From: Lophium mytilinum
Taxonomy: Eukaryota
Assembly: GCA_010093605.1 (NCBI GenBank)
Contig: MU004190.1
Coordinates: 496,001 to 560,000, forward strand
Reading direction: 5' to 3'
Length of the DNA stretch: 64,000 bases
Positions 12,009 through 25,600 of the stretch are shown here, piece by piece. How positions within the stretch are numbered: position 1 is the first letter of the stretch; each line of letters begins with the position of its first letter. The notes beneath the pieces are model-generated. The model searched no databases. It saw only the letters and a program-made list of their open reading frames with translations, and had not been told where the DNA came from. The translations under genes were made by a program, and so were the position numbers.

Positions 12009-15000
12009 ATGAGTGGATATCTTTGGAAATACTTCCTCGAAGACGATGTCGAGAACTTCCGGCATATCTTGGAGAGTGGTAGCTACAATGCACGTCCGGG
12101 GACACAGAAAAGCTCTCTTGGCTGGCAGGGAGGGAGCCTGGGGGATGCGCTGAACAGTCCGAGCAGCTTGGGACCTTCCCCAACACTGCAAAGTAAGATG
12201 CGGAAGGCTATCGGGACACTGGGGGGTCCACTCACGAGAGCAGATATCAACAGCAGAGATGCGACTGGCCTTACCATATTGCATCACGCCGCGACACTGA
12301 CCTCTGATAATGCCGTAGCCTTCGCTCAGGCTCTCTTGGAACAGCCCCTGACGGATCTGTATATCCAGGACCAGGAGAACGGATGGACTGCGCTTCACCG
12401 AGCTTTCTACTTTGGCAATATTGCGATCGCGCGCCTCATACTTAACAGGGATGCGCAGGATATGCTTGGGTATGGATTAGCACGAGGTCTAGTAAAGATC
12501 AAGGACAAAGAAGGCAACGGACCCTTGGACCTCTTTTCCATGACGATCAAAGACAGAATAGTCCGACCAGATGATAGAAGAACAGCTGGAGATTCAGACT
12601 CAGATAGCGATGGAGGTGTTGGCGAGAATGCGGACAGAGACGAGGACGGCTCTTCTCGAAAATCTGTTCGGCCGCTCATCAATCTCGAAGGTGACGAAAT
12701 CTTCACGTTTGGGAGCAACAAAAATGTCACTCTCGGGTTTGGGGATGAGGACGATCGGCAATTTCCAGAACGCGTCACCATTAGGAGACCTGACCATCTT
12801 GTGCAGAGGTTCTACGCCGAATACCAAGAAAAGCAAATGCAAAAGTGGACAGCCCTGAACGTGCCGGCCAGTGAGGCTGCTGCTTCTAGGGGCCCTCCTA
12901 CCAGCGACACGATCCCTGAACCAGCATGGGTGGCTCAAAAGTCTGTAACTGAGCTACCTACAGTCATTCGGAACACCCCTATAGTCATTCAGGATGTGCA
13001 AATGTCGAAGCTGCATACCGCGATCTTGACTACCGATCCAGTATCCAACCTTTATGTCTGCGGACATGGGCCGGGTGCTCGCCTTGGGCTCGGACACGAA
13101 ACAACTAGATACCAATTCACATGCATCGAAGGGGGCGGTTTGGGGCAGAAAAAGGTCACGGCTGTGGCATTGGGTCAAAATCATACTCTGGCTATTACCG
13201 ATGACGGAGAGATATTTTCTTGGGGCAACAACGCATATGGCCAACTAGGGTACAACTTACCTAAGACTACAACGCTTGCAGACGAAGATCCAAAGGGGAC
13301 TTCGCCGCGACAAATCTTCGGGCCCCTCAAGAGGGAACTTGTCATTGGCGTAGCTGCTTCTCGTGTTCATTCAGTCGCGCACACGGCGAATTCACTGTTC
13401 ACTTTCGGCAAGAATGAAGGCCAGTTGGGAATCACTGGCTCGGACGCGCGATCCCTTGAGATGCAAAACACTCCTCGAAAGATCGCAGCATCACTCTTTT
13501 CTTCCAATATCAGCTCCGTGTCCGCCATTGATGGCGCCACGGTTTGCTTGCTCGAGAATCACGACGTGTGGGTATTTGCAAACTTCGGGTACTCAAAGCT
13601 CTCCTTCGACTTGGAGGGATTCACGAATTACTTCTTGAAAAGGAGCTTCCTCACGACCAACTACTATACCACGCCGAACAGAATTTGCAAGATAACCTCT
13701 GGAGGTGATACAATATGTGCCTTGTCTACGTCTGGGGATCTTTTTACTGTCGCTGTCAGCAAGCGATCCGAGACAAGCCAGGATAGTAGTACTTCTACTA
13801 CCAATCCCACCAAGATTCGTGGAGCTCTTTCTCAGCCCTACCGGATCTGGTCTGCCAAAAAGGGGCATATGGTAGCAAGGGATGTTGCTGTGGATCAAGA
13901 TGGATCGATCATCTTGACTACTGAGGCTGGCAGTGTTTGGCGAAGGACCAAGAGAGCGTCGATCAAAGACGCAACAGCCTCTGGGATCGGAGACTACAAA
14001 CCGAAAGACTACAAGTTTTCTCGAGTCCCAGGTCTTACGCGGGTTACCGCCGTCCGAGCCTCCGCATTCGGAGCATACGCTGCTGTCCGTAGAGACTGCG
14101 AGGTGACAAGAACGCAAATTGTCGTTGATGAGCTCTCCTTATGGACAGATGTTGAGCCACTCTTGGCATTCCGTGGTCTCGCCAACTACGAAGAGAACTC
14201 GGACGACGAAAATCCTAGTCCTCGATTTTGGCAACGACCCTCGAAAGCAGGATCACTCCGGAAGCGTGTCCTTGCTTCAAAGGATCTCGAAGACGAGGTT
14301 GCGGACGTAATCCGCCAAACTATCGCTGCGGACGATCGCGAGTATGACCTTGACCTTGGAACGAGTACCTCAGAGGTCCGCATACCTGCTCATCGGTTCA
14401 TGTTTGCAGGCCGTAGTCGCATCATGCGACAAGCTCTAGCTACAAGGCAAGACCATGGTGTCGGCATATTAGACATAGCGACCATTACTCATGATCAGAA
14501 CACGGGGAAAACTACGGTGCTATTCCAGGGGCTTGACTTTTTAACGATCTTCAATCTGGTTCTGTTCGTCTACACAGACTCCTTTGTCGACTTCTGGCAT
14601 GCGGCTCGGCAGTTTCCCAAAATGGCAACCAGGTTTCGTAATTCAAGGATAGAGATTATGAAGGTAGCCTCTCGACTAGAAATTCGACACCTTGAGCGCT
14701 CTGCGCGACAAATGATTACTCCAGTAAGATCTATGAATCTCGACATGGAGCTTGCTATCAAGAATGCTTCAATCTTCGAAGACGGCGATGTTTTGGTCCA
14801 GCTTTCAGATGGCGAGTTGAAAGTACATTCGGCTATCATTTGTCAAAGATGTCCCTTTTTCCACGGGATGTTCAAGGGTAGAGCAGGAGGTCAGTGGCTA
14901 GCTGGAAGGCGAGACTTGTTAGCAGGACCGTCAGATGCGATCAGCGTCGACCTCAAGCATGTCGACACCCGCGTGTTCTGGCTTGTCGTTCGCCACATAT

Positions 15001-17187
15001 ACGCCGACGCTGGGGAAGAGCTGTTTGACGACGTTGTCAGTGAGGACTTCAACGACGTTCTCGCTCTAGATGAGCTTCTTGACCACGTGATGGACGTAAT
15101 GGGAGTAGCGAACGAATTGATGCTAGATCGGCTGTCTCAAGTGTGCCAGAAGGTGGCTGGCCGTTATGGTATGTATATGAACCGAAAGATGTCGAAAAGG
15201 TGATGGTACTAACAGCTTTTTCAGTCAACGCTCGCAACGTTTGTCAACTCCTGAATGCCATTGCGGCAAGTTCAGTCACTGAGTTCAAAGATGCCGGTCT
15301 GGAGTATATCTGCTTGGGTCTAGAGGCAGTAATGCAGAACGGGTAAGCTCTCTCTCGAAAGCCTCTCTCCATTGAATGACAGCTGATGGTTTGACTAGCT
15401 CCCTCGATGAACTCGACGAAGATCTGTTGCTCGAACTCAGCCAAGTAGCCCGTGATAACCAGCTTGCATATCTACCATTTGCCAAAAGCGGCAGAGCGGA
15501 AGCCCTTCTTCTTGAAAAGTACCCGGACCTTGCGGAACGAATTGATCGAGCTAGACGGGCGAAAGTCGATTCAATAATCCTTTCCAACAAATACAATCAA
15601 GGCGACGGGCAAATGTCTAGCTCATTCAGGGCTCAGAGCTTAGAAGAGTTGTCCACGTCCCCACTTCGGCAGAGAAACCGCCGAAAATCTTCCAAAGAGG
15701 TGAAGTCAGCTTCTTTCACGGGGTCGCCTCAGCTGCAACAAGCTGAGGCGGCAAACATCAATTCAATGGATCAAGTTGAGAGTCACCTTCTCAAAGAAAG
15801 AGGGGCTCAGTCAAGGCGGGGGCGTTTTAGCTTGAGCTCGGCCCTCACGCCCGCTCTGAAGGGCAAAAACTCTTTAACGGATCTCATGTTTGAGATGTCA
15901 GACGATGATGAGGGGTCGCCGCTAGAGGAGTCGAAACGAAAGAAGCTAGACGATACTGATCCAACTTTTAGTGGCCTGTATGACGAGTTTACGCCTGTAG
16001 GATCTCCGGAAGAACCTTGGGCAAGTACCAGAAGGAAGTCCAGACTCTCTCCCCACGATCTAGGTGTTGGATCTTCCGGCAACTTTGACTCCCCCCGAAC
16101 ACCGGCGACGAAGAGCTCAGATCGCCCTTGGGGCAGCACGCCCTTGAGCACTCCGCGACTTGATATGAAAGATATCATGGCTCAGGCCTCCCCACCCAAA
16201 CCATCTGGCCTAGCGATTGGGCTGGCGAATGACGATGTCAATGATGGGAAACATGTTGGTTCGTTTACCGCCAAGATGTCTCAAAAGGAGCGTAAGCGTC
16301 TACAACAAGCACAACAGCTCGGACAGCCGCCCACCCCGCCCGTACTTGATAACCCACAACCTCCGCCTAGTATATCACCATGGCGCCCCATTCATTATGA
16401 TAAAAACTCTCCACTCAGCAGCAGCCCTGCATTGGCAGCTACCCCGAATACTAGTCGCGCAAATAGTACCCCTCAAATGACAATGCGCCAGACCGTCGCA
16501 AACGGTGGACACGCAAAGAGCAAGTCCCCGATACCACCTTCGCAAAGCCGAAGCGTATCGGGCCCTAGCAACACTATTCCAGCTCATCTAAAATCTTCCT
16601 CATCATCAAACCCCATGGCGACTCCCCGCTCGATTCGCCACACGCCTCTCCCCGCTACTGCCCTTTCCGCCGCCTCGCCTTCTCAATTTCTCACTTTGCA
16701 AGACGTTCTTTTTCAGCAACAGGCAGAGAAAGATGCCATTCGCGAAGCTGCCGCCAAACGCAGCTTACAGGAGATCCAGCAAGAGCAGGAGTTCCAGGAA
16801 TGGTGGGAGCAGGAGAGCAAACGCGTTATGCAGGAAGAAGAGGCTCGCCGGCGGACTGAGGAGCGCGAGAAGGGTGGGCGTGGTAGAGGGGCTGGTTCTA
16901 GAGGTGGTAAGAGGGGCGGGAAGGGACGCGGCAAGAAGGATAAGGAGGTTGCTGAGACGTCGGCTGCTCAACCAGGGGAGGAAGCTAATGCGCCTCCTTC
17001 AGCGCCTGCTTCCGCGCCTCCTTCCGCGCCGGCCAAGCATGACAAAGCGGAGAAGAGCGCTAAGCCTAGGAGTAGAGGACCAAGAGGTGGTGGACGAGGT
17101 GGCGGTGGAGGTGGAGGGAGGGGTGGAAAGGCGCAAGGCCCGGGCAGGGAGAACATCGCTCCCTCGGGAGCTGGGGCGGCGAGTTGA
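12009..17187 (+). CDS. Ankyrin repeat + RCC1 repeat + BTB/POZ protein (IBTK/Btb1-like Cul3 adaptor)
   Basis: Ankyrin (ENGWTALHRAFYFGNI), RCC1 repeats (FTFGSNKNVTLG, FSWGNNAYGQLG), two BTB domains (IPAHRFMFAGRS, VHSAIICQRCPFF) and C-terminal SLQEIQQEQEFQEWW. Introns ~15168-15224 and ~15342-15398; probable 5'UTR intron ~11611-11714. Confidence 0.92.
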
Positions 17188-17883
17188 TGGTACACAATAA
17201 CAGTGTTTCTCCCCTCGTGTAAATGCAACATTGACGTACATACATAGCGTTCCTTAGAGCATTGACTGCCTAATAGACCCTTGAATTACCTACAGTCTTA
17301 GGACAGCAATCTATATACGTAAGTGCTACCGCTTGAAACAGTACTTCGTTGTCAGTATGTCGAAACGAGGACTTCCATTTTCGATAGGTCGCCCTTTTTG
17401 AAGCGTGAATACTTCTTTATAACCTATTACACTTAGCCTATATTAGGCTAGCCTGGCACTATTACTTCTGGGTTTTTGCATACCTTGTCCCGCTTCTCGA
17501 GGCGGGCTCTGGCTACGCAAGCTACTTTGCACTATTGGAAGATCTGAAGAAGCGCAAAACCGCCAAGTCATACCACGTGGGCGCTGCCACCGGGAAAGCA
17601 GTCAAGTGAGAAGTCGGATCCTTACGACAACATCCCAATTACAGCTCTTCGAAGTAGGAAGAGACAAATCACGCTTGATCAGAGCGGCTGCCAGATTGCA
17701 AGGGAAGAAAAAGGTGGTTTCAACTCGCGCTATGAATGCATCACCTGCCGTGCTGCTGAGTTCACAGGGCACAATTGGGCAGGTGCAGCTCAGATGACAC
17801 GCGGTGCTTGCTACATAACCTAGAGGCGGTAAGCTTACACATCAGGTATGTCTTCCAAGGCTTCTACTTGATCAAGCCTTACA

Positions 17884-19559
17884 ATGACGATGTTCGTTTC
17901 AAGCCTTCTGATGTGGGTTTTGTCTTGCCTCCCTTTCCGTCTTCCCATAGCCAGGACGTGGTTCCCGTGGCAAGAGATGATACCAGACATCGGGGAGCAT
18001 CCCGGTCTTCGAGGAGATACCATAACTCTAGGAGCTGGAGCGATAGGTCTATCTACAGCCTACTATCTTGCGCTTGCGTTGAAAGAGACAGTCCCGCATT
18101 TCATCTCGCGTCCTTCCATAGTAGTTGTGGAGCCCTCCCACAACGTTTGCCCCGGCGCATCTGGCGAATTCACTGGTTGGACTTGGCGATTTCGGGTTTA
18201 GTCCAGAGACGTCGTCATTAGGAGTTCTATCTTATTGTCTTCATGAAGAGCTCGCCTCAAAGTTCCGCGGCAGAAATAGGTACGGATTCAGTAATCTGAC
18301 CATCTACCGCATTTCTCCTAAGAACTTTACCGCCTCCCCATCACCAGCAAATGATTGGGGTCCATATCCTCCCATAAATAAAAGCGTCGCTAACCTTCCG
18401 AAATGGACTTCGAGCTCGGATGATTGGACCGTACAGCTGCTCGCCGACGCCCCTCATTTGGCCCATCTGTTAGTTCTTGGTCGCATTTTTGTTCATTCCC
18501 CGCTAAAAACTTGATAGTGAACCCAGGCAGTTTTGCCATTTCCTACGCAAACGTTGCGAGAAACTCGGGATGAAGTTTCTTTTTAACTCTTCCGTCGATT
18601 CTCTCGAAAGAGATGACGGTAGTGAGGGCTTCACAAGGGCATCTAACATAACTACAAAGCCGAAAGAAGCGACCACAACTATGTCTTGCAGTGCTGCAAT
18701 TCTAGCGGCTGGTCCTTGGTCTGACCGAGTCTTCTCCAGCCTGTTTCCCGCCGCTCGGATCAAGATCCCGATGAATGTCACATACTCGGCCGGAAATCAC
18801 CTCGAAATCCGAACCCCCAGCTGGAAACCGTCTGATGACTACAACAGTGCGGACCAAGTGTTCCTCAATCACATTATTCAGGGTCCACATGAACTGGATA
18901 TCAGTACGTTTTTGGGTGGTACCATGTATATCGGGGGGTATGGCGCGACACCGGAAGCACTACCAGCCTATGCGGATGCCGTATTTGTCCAACCAGACGC
19001 TTTGCCTGGTATGATCGAGTTGGCACGCAAATACCTTCGTCTCCAAACCGACGAAACGTTCGAAGTGGTCAAATCAGGACGATGTTACCGTCCTCTGCTA
19101 ATACCCAACAACCCGATCATAACCAAAGTCAAATGGAGCAGTCTCGGTGCGATCGGCTCCCACTCTTCCAGCAACACGGCTATGGAAAATGCAAAGCATA
19201 CCGGTAATTCCATGTGCAGCAAGCCTCATGTGATTAGGGGATTTTACATCAACACAGGCCATGACGGCGATGGCATGACGCTTGGGCCTGGGAGTGGAAA
19301 ACTTATGAGTGAATTAATCTTGGGCTGTACTACATCCGCTGACCCATCGGGACTGGAGCTGGCTCATAGTCATAGAGCGTTTGAGGCTCGAACCTATAGA
19401 AATGGAAAGCGATGTCAAATCCACGTCTCGTTTAGACACACAAGCGCCGAAGGGTGTACGCGTCACAAGACGCATCACAAGACGCATCACACTGAACTTT
19501 TGCGTTCGTGTGCTTCGATGATGGCTCGTGCACCATGGCAATACATGGCTTGTACATAG
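17884..19559 (+). pseudogene. FAD-dependent oxidoreductase, DAO family, with a +1 frameshift
   Basis: GAGAIGLSTAYYLA Rossmann motif and CPGASG. An extra T at 18177-18178 breaks GEFTG-GLGDFG. Intron 18469-18517; C-terminal NTGHDGDGMTLGPGSGKLMSELI. Confidence 0.75.
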
Positions 19560-20009
19560 TTGACTACGTGTGATGCGTGATGTTGATGATTTCTTGTAAG
19601 GGCTAAATTGGGAGTGGTGGGTTGAGGCGCTGCAGGTGTGGTGGAGGGTTTGGGGCACCCCTGGCTGCATGGGAGAATTTCTGGGAAGCATGTCAAGTAA
19701 GGTCACTGGCTGTATGAAAAGATAGGGTGCGAAAGACGCGCAAGTTCCAGCGTAGCAAGTTTGACCGCGTTGAATGCGTTCAGGCCCGTAGACGGCTGGG
19801 ATCAAGGTGTTGAACAAACGGAATACGTCTTACTCGATACATTTGATGTTGAAGGTGTGCATAAAGAGCTACATCTGTGGCATTCTTCCAGATGCTGGTA
19901 CTTCTTCATAGAGTCTCACTTTCCGTACCTATTGCTATCTGGGGATAAATGCAGTTATTCATGAAGTCCCGAAACGCACAAGCCGAGATAATCCATAGCA
20001 TAAACACAT

Positions 20010-20919
20010 TCAAGACTCTTCTTTGATATAGACTGCTATCCCCGCCGTTGGCCTGCGCACAAGAGGTGAAATTACCAACCCATCTTGATCGATACCCGTA
20101 CTCCTGGTTTCTCCACGCCCAGGAAATGGCTCCATACCTGCACGCATCTCTGTATCCGTCCTTCGAGGCAGATCGTAAGCTCCACCTATTTCTTCATCTG
20201 GAGTCTGCCCCGCTGCTGTTCCCATCAGCTCTATCCGAGATAAGGCATTCCGCAGACACGATCCTTGGCTTTCGATACCAGGAGTTCATGAAGCGGGTGA
20301 ACTCGGATCCCGTTTCGAACCTATCAACTGGCTTCACGACGTGTCCGGCCTCGTCGATATATTCAGAGACCTCCATGCCGAGGTGCCGGCGACCGGAGAG
20401 GCCAAAGTACATGCCGAACTGGTAGCGTTTCTTTGCGAGATAAACTTTCGATATCAGGTGGACTTCCTGGTCCGTGGGGTCCTGTAGGGAGAACTCGGGC
20501 AGTTAGGAAACTCGGCTTTGATAGCAATAAGACAATAGGTCCATGAGGCTTAAAAGCGTCCGAGGCGCCCTGTATGGTGCTGGGGGTCTTGCGAAAGGCA
20601 TTGAGATGCAGAAAATGCACAAAATCGCAAAGGATACGTAGAAATTGAATGGTACGAGTACCATGACGTATCCAGTACCAGTCCACTTTTGGTTAAAGAT
20701 ACGACCCGCAACGATTGGGCCTGACGTGGACGTTAAGGCAAGCTGGGCATACCAAGCTACTCTATAGTGTCCATTTCCTAAAGCTTTGAAAATCGTGGAA
20801 ATTGGATTCGGAGATATGTAATCGAGGAGGACATTCTGATCGGCCAAGTTTGGCTTGTCCATTCCATGTATGGGTTGCATGAGTCGATAGTAAAAATCTG
20901 CATTTAAGAAAATGACAAC
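20010..20919 (-). pseudogene. 3' part of DUF3433-like membrane protein gene interrupted by the hAT element
   Basis: ADFYYRLMQP..LLDY..ALGNGHYRVA..YQFGMYFGLSGRRHLG motifs. In-frame TAA at 20503-20505. The frame continues across the reconstructed empty site into the 32543+ piece. Confidence 0.75.
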
Positions 20920-22420
20920 CAGGGCTGCCGTTTAATTAATTAATTAATGGAGGCACTACTCTATTAATTAATTAATAGCTTAGTTAGCAGAAATCTATAT
21001 TAATTAATTAATTAACGTTAATATTAAAGTAATTAATTAATTAATATAGTAAGTAATATATAAGGTATTCTACTTATCTTTCTCTATACTATTCTTCTTA
21101 GTATTACTATTAATATTAATATTCTTAACTTTATTTCTAATTATAATAGGCTTCTTAACTATATTAGCTTAATATTACTTTAGCTAATTTCCTTATATAA
21201 GCCTACTATCTAGAAGATTAATTACCCCCTTATTATTCTATAAGGAAAGTAATATATAGGCGCTAATAATATTAGTATATATAGCTAACCTTCTTAGGTT
21301 CTAAAGTAGGCCTATTTAGTTAAAATCTTATTTATTTAATATACTTATAGTAGAAGCTAATATATAATTAAGAGCTATCTATACTAGCTAGGGAAATTTA
21401 AAGCGCTTAAGCTCTAAAACCTAATACTCTACCGGGTTAGTTACCTAGATATTATTATAATAATTTCTATAAGTAAGCTATCTTATATATTTATTATCGC
21501 GGCCTATATCTATACCTGCATTTAGCGTACCTAGAGTGCCCGGCGTGCTAGGTATACTAGATATTAAGGCTATTATAAGGCTTATAAAACTACTTATAAA
21601 ACTACTTATAAAGCTAGTACTAAACTACTTATTATTATTATAGGCCGCGGCCTCTAGCTAAGAAATAGATTTAGATTAACTAATTACTATATTTTTATAT
21701 ATTAAGTTCTATAGCTTTAGTACTTTATCTTAGATAGGTATAATCTATTTTTCTAGCTATCTCTTCTCTATCTATACCTATTTATATATAGAATAAAAAA
21801 TAATAGTAGTAATATATACTAGTAAGTAGTTAGTAAGGCGGTAGTATTTATTAAGCTTTATCTAGGCTATTATTACTTATTAGCTAAGCGCATATAGAAG
21901 GGCTAGAATAAAATAGAAAGTATAAAGGTAAATAGAAAGGCTAAAGCTAAATAGAAAGGCTAAAGCTAAATAGAAAAGCTATATAGTATATATACTAAGG
22001 TTAATATTATTCTTAAAGTGTATTTCTAGATATATAGCGTACTATATCTTACTTCTCTCTAGGTAAGCTAATAGATATTTAGAAGTAGGTAATACCTTCT
22101 ATAGAGAGCCCTCTCTCTCTTTATAGATTTAACCTTCTAGATACTTTATAGTAAGTTTAAATAGCTTTAAAAGCTCTAGGTATTATATAATTATAACCTA
22201 GTTATTATTTAAGAGATACTAGTTAGTAATCTTTAGTTTAGTATATTACCTAGTAGGCGCTTATTATATACTATTTTAGATAATAGTAGTTTAATACGCG
22301 TTCTATTCTATATTTTATAGATTAGTATAGATTTAAGATATAGAGAGAATAGAGAGTATATAGAGAAAAATAGAGAGTATATAGAGAATAGAAAGTATAT
22401 AAAGAAAAATAGAGAGTATA

Positions 22421-22622
22421 TATAATAGATCTAGCTCTATATATATTATATATTCTTAGCTATATTATATAAGCCCGTACACTAGCGCGGTTTTATACCT
22501 CTAGCCTATATTTAGCCTCCGCTATATAGAACCTCTACCTCTATATAACTTTATCTTTATAAATATACTCTATTTCTTATTTAATACTATACTCTATATC
22601 TTGCCTCTTATAGTCTATAATA
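22421..22622 (+). repeat. 5' LTR
   Basis: TATAATAGATCT...GTCTATAATA, colinear with 30109-30310. The differences I checked are all transitions. Confidence 0.93.
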
Positions 22623-25600
22623 CTATAAAGTTGCTCTACCTAGCTACTATTCTACTAAGTTCTTAAACTACTACTACTAGTAAACTATAATACTCTATAA
22701 TTACCCCGCGCGGCTATTAATACTATAGCTAATAACTTTAACCCTCTTAGTATAACTAGTATATAGAAGCTTTAAAACCTTCTCTTATAGCGCACTATTC
22801 TTATAACCTTAGACTTCTAGGCCTTAACTTAAGACTTCTAGAATACCGCTGCTAAGAAATCTTAGATAATTACTAGAAACTTACAGCGCGCGCGCAGCTA
22901 TAATAATACCTAAGATAACCTTACTAAAGATAACGCTTTCCTTAAAGATAATAAACTTTAGAAACACCCTAATTAACCTAACCCTAGTAGCTATATCTAC
23001 TACTTTAAGATGCCCGGCGCCTTTAAGAACTCTATTCTTAAAGTTAATAAACTTATTAATTACTCCGCCGTTAATAAATAGAATATTAATAAAGCCTCTA
23101 TTACCTATAAGGTCCCTAATACTAAAGCTTTTATAGACTTTATTACTAAAGATAAGGTAATAGCCTTTAAATTAACCTATTTATATAAAGCTAAGATCTA
23201 TTAACTATATAACTACCTAGAGTGTAATAAGGCCTCTATAGAGGTATAGGCTAAGCTTAATAAGTAAGCTTATAATATAATTAAGTAATAAGACGCTCGC
23301 TTTCTAGCTATAAAAGATAATATTAAGCGGCTAGAAAAGGCTATTACTAATATAAAATTCTAATATAAATCCAATATTATTAAAGCTAAAGAGGATTAGA
23401 ACTAGGCCTATAATAACCGCAATAATACTATTTAAGATAGAGATAACGCTATCTATACTAGAAACGCTAAAGATAAAATTATATATAAATATATTACTAA
23501 TATAGCAGCATTTACCGCCTAGATAGATACTATTAATATAATAGTAGTAAAGCGTATTACTAAGCTTAAGGCCTATAGTAAAGCTTTAGCTAAGCGTATT
23601 ACTAAGCTTAAAGCCTATATTAAGAATATTAAGAAAGCTCTTATAGCTACTAAACTCTATATTAATAGTATCTAGAATACTACTATTTATAGCCCTATAG
23701 CCCGCGCTAATAGCTCTCCCCCTAAGATTACTACGTAGCTCGCCGCTACTATAAGCTATTAATATAAGCTTATAGCCTATATTATAGCTAAAGAAGGTAC
23801 TAAGCTATACTTTCTAATTCTACCTAGCTAAGATTACTTACGCGGCTGCAACTGCTATTAATATAAACTCTTACTACCTCGCCGCCCTAATAAGCCCCTT
23901 TATAGTTAATAGAACTATATATACTTAGGCGGTAGTAGATCTTTCTCTAACTCTAGTAATAGTAATAATAATAAGGACTTGCGTAACTATAACTTAATTT
24001 ATACTTTTTAACCGCGTATACTACTTTATATAGGGCTAGATAGTACTCTACTACCTCTATATAATATTAACTATAGAACCCACGCTAATTAAAATAAAGA
24101 TAAGACTATACTATACCCCCCTAAGTATAATAGTAATAAAACTAAATATATTACCTAGCGTTACTAGATTCTTAGTAAGTTTACTTATAGTAGCTACCTC
24201 TATTAATATAATAAAGGCTTCTACCTTTATTTTCTTAGTATATATCTTACTAGCATACCTCTTAGTAACTATATAGCGCAGATAACTAGCTACTAGCCCT
24301 TTTATACTCTTAATAAGGCTATTAAGCGCCTTAATATTAAGAACCTACTATATAACTCTAAAGCTATTACTTTCTAGCAACTTAACTAACTAATATAGGG
24401 TAATAATAACCTTAATATATTCTATATAAAATACTAAGTACTTATAGTATAACTACTAAACTAAGAATACTATTAGAATATTACCGCGCTTAAGGTAAAG
24501 ATCCGCCCTAGTATTACTAAGCCTGCGGGCGTTCTAGAAAAATATAATAAGAAAGAATATAAAGTTATTAATACTTACCGCGACTAGCTTCTAGACTAAG
24601 CTATAGTTAACTATACCTAGCTACGCCGACTATATAACTAGCCCGGATAGTATAGCTAATAGCCTAATAACTTCTAGACTAATAATAGTTACTATAGTGG
24701 CTACCGCAGTAACTACCTATAGAACTCTTCTAATTAGAACCCCCCTAATTAGACCCTAATAGGTTAGTTCTAAGCTACTTAGAACTAGGTCTCTTAGAAT
24801 ACTTAGAGCTAAGGTTACTAGAATAATTATAGCTAAGGCTAGATAAATATACCTACCTAGAATTACTAGATATCCGCGCTAGTAACTTATAAAGCTATAA
24901 ACTTTCCTATTAATATTTCTACTAATTAGTAGCGCCTAGCTCTAGGCTGCCTTATAGATAATTAAAAGCGTTAGCTTATAAATAAGAACTATTACTTTTA
25001 CTGCCGGCTTATTAGCTATACTTCTACTAACTAGTAGTATTCTATAGAGCGCCCTATACTTACCCTATATAGCGTTAGTATATATCTAAATAATATTATA
25101 ACTCTAGCTCTATCTATATATACCCTCTCTATATATACTCTAACTATATATATACCTCTATCTATATACGCTCTGTCTATATATACGCCCCCTACTATAT
25201 TTACGCTAGCTACTACTAAAGTAGGTATTAATACTTCTATCTTATTTAGAGGCGCGGAAGGACCTTTTATAGAATATAGCTAATCTTAATATTAGAGCTA
25301 CTTAGAAAATATTTAGTTCTAGATTATAGTTATAATCTAGGGCGTATTATTACTAAAGTAGTCTAATACTATAAAAATAAGAAATCTATAAAGTTATAGT
25401 TAAGAAGGTTAGTTATTTTAGCTGCCTCTCTTAGTAATAATATTTAAGCGGGTTAAACTAATAAAAAGACCCTCTATAGCTTTCTAGTTTTAGCTAAAGT
25501 CTAGCGTTTCTATAAAGGATAACTACTAGATATAATTAAAGAATACCTTTATAGTAATACTAGAGTAACTAATAAATTTATAGATACTACTTATACGCAC

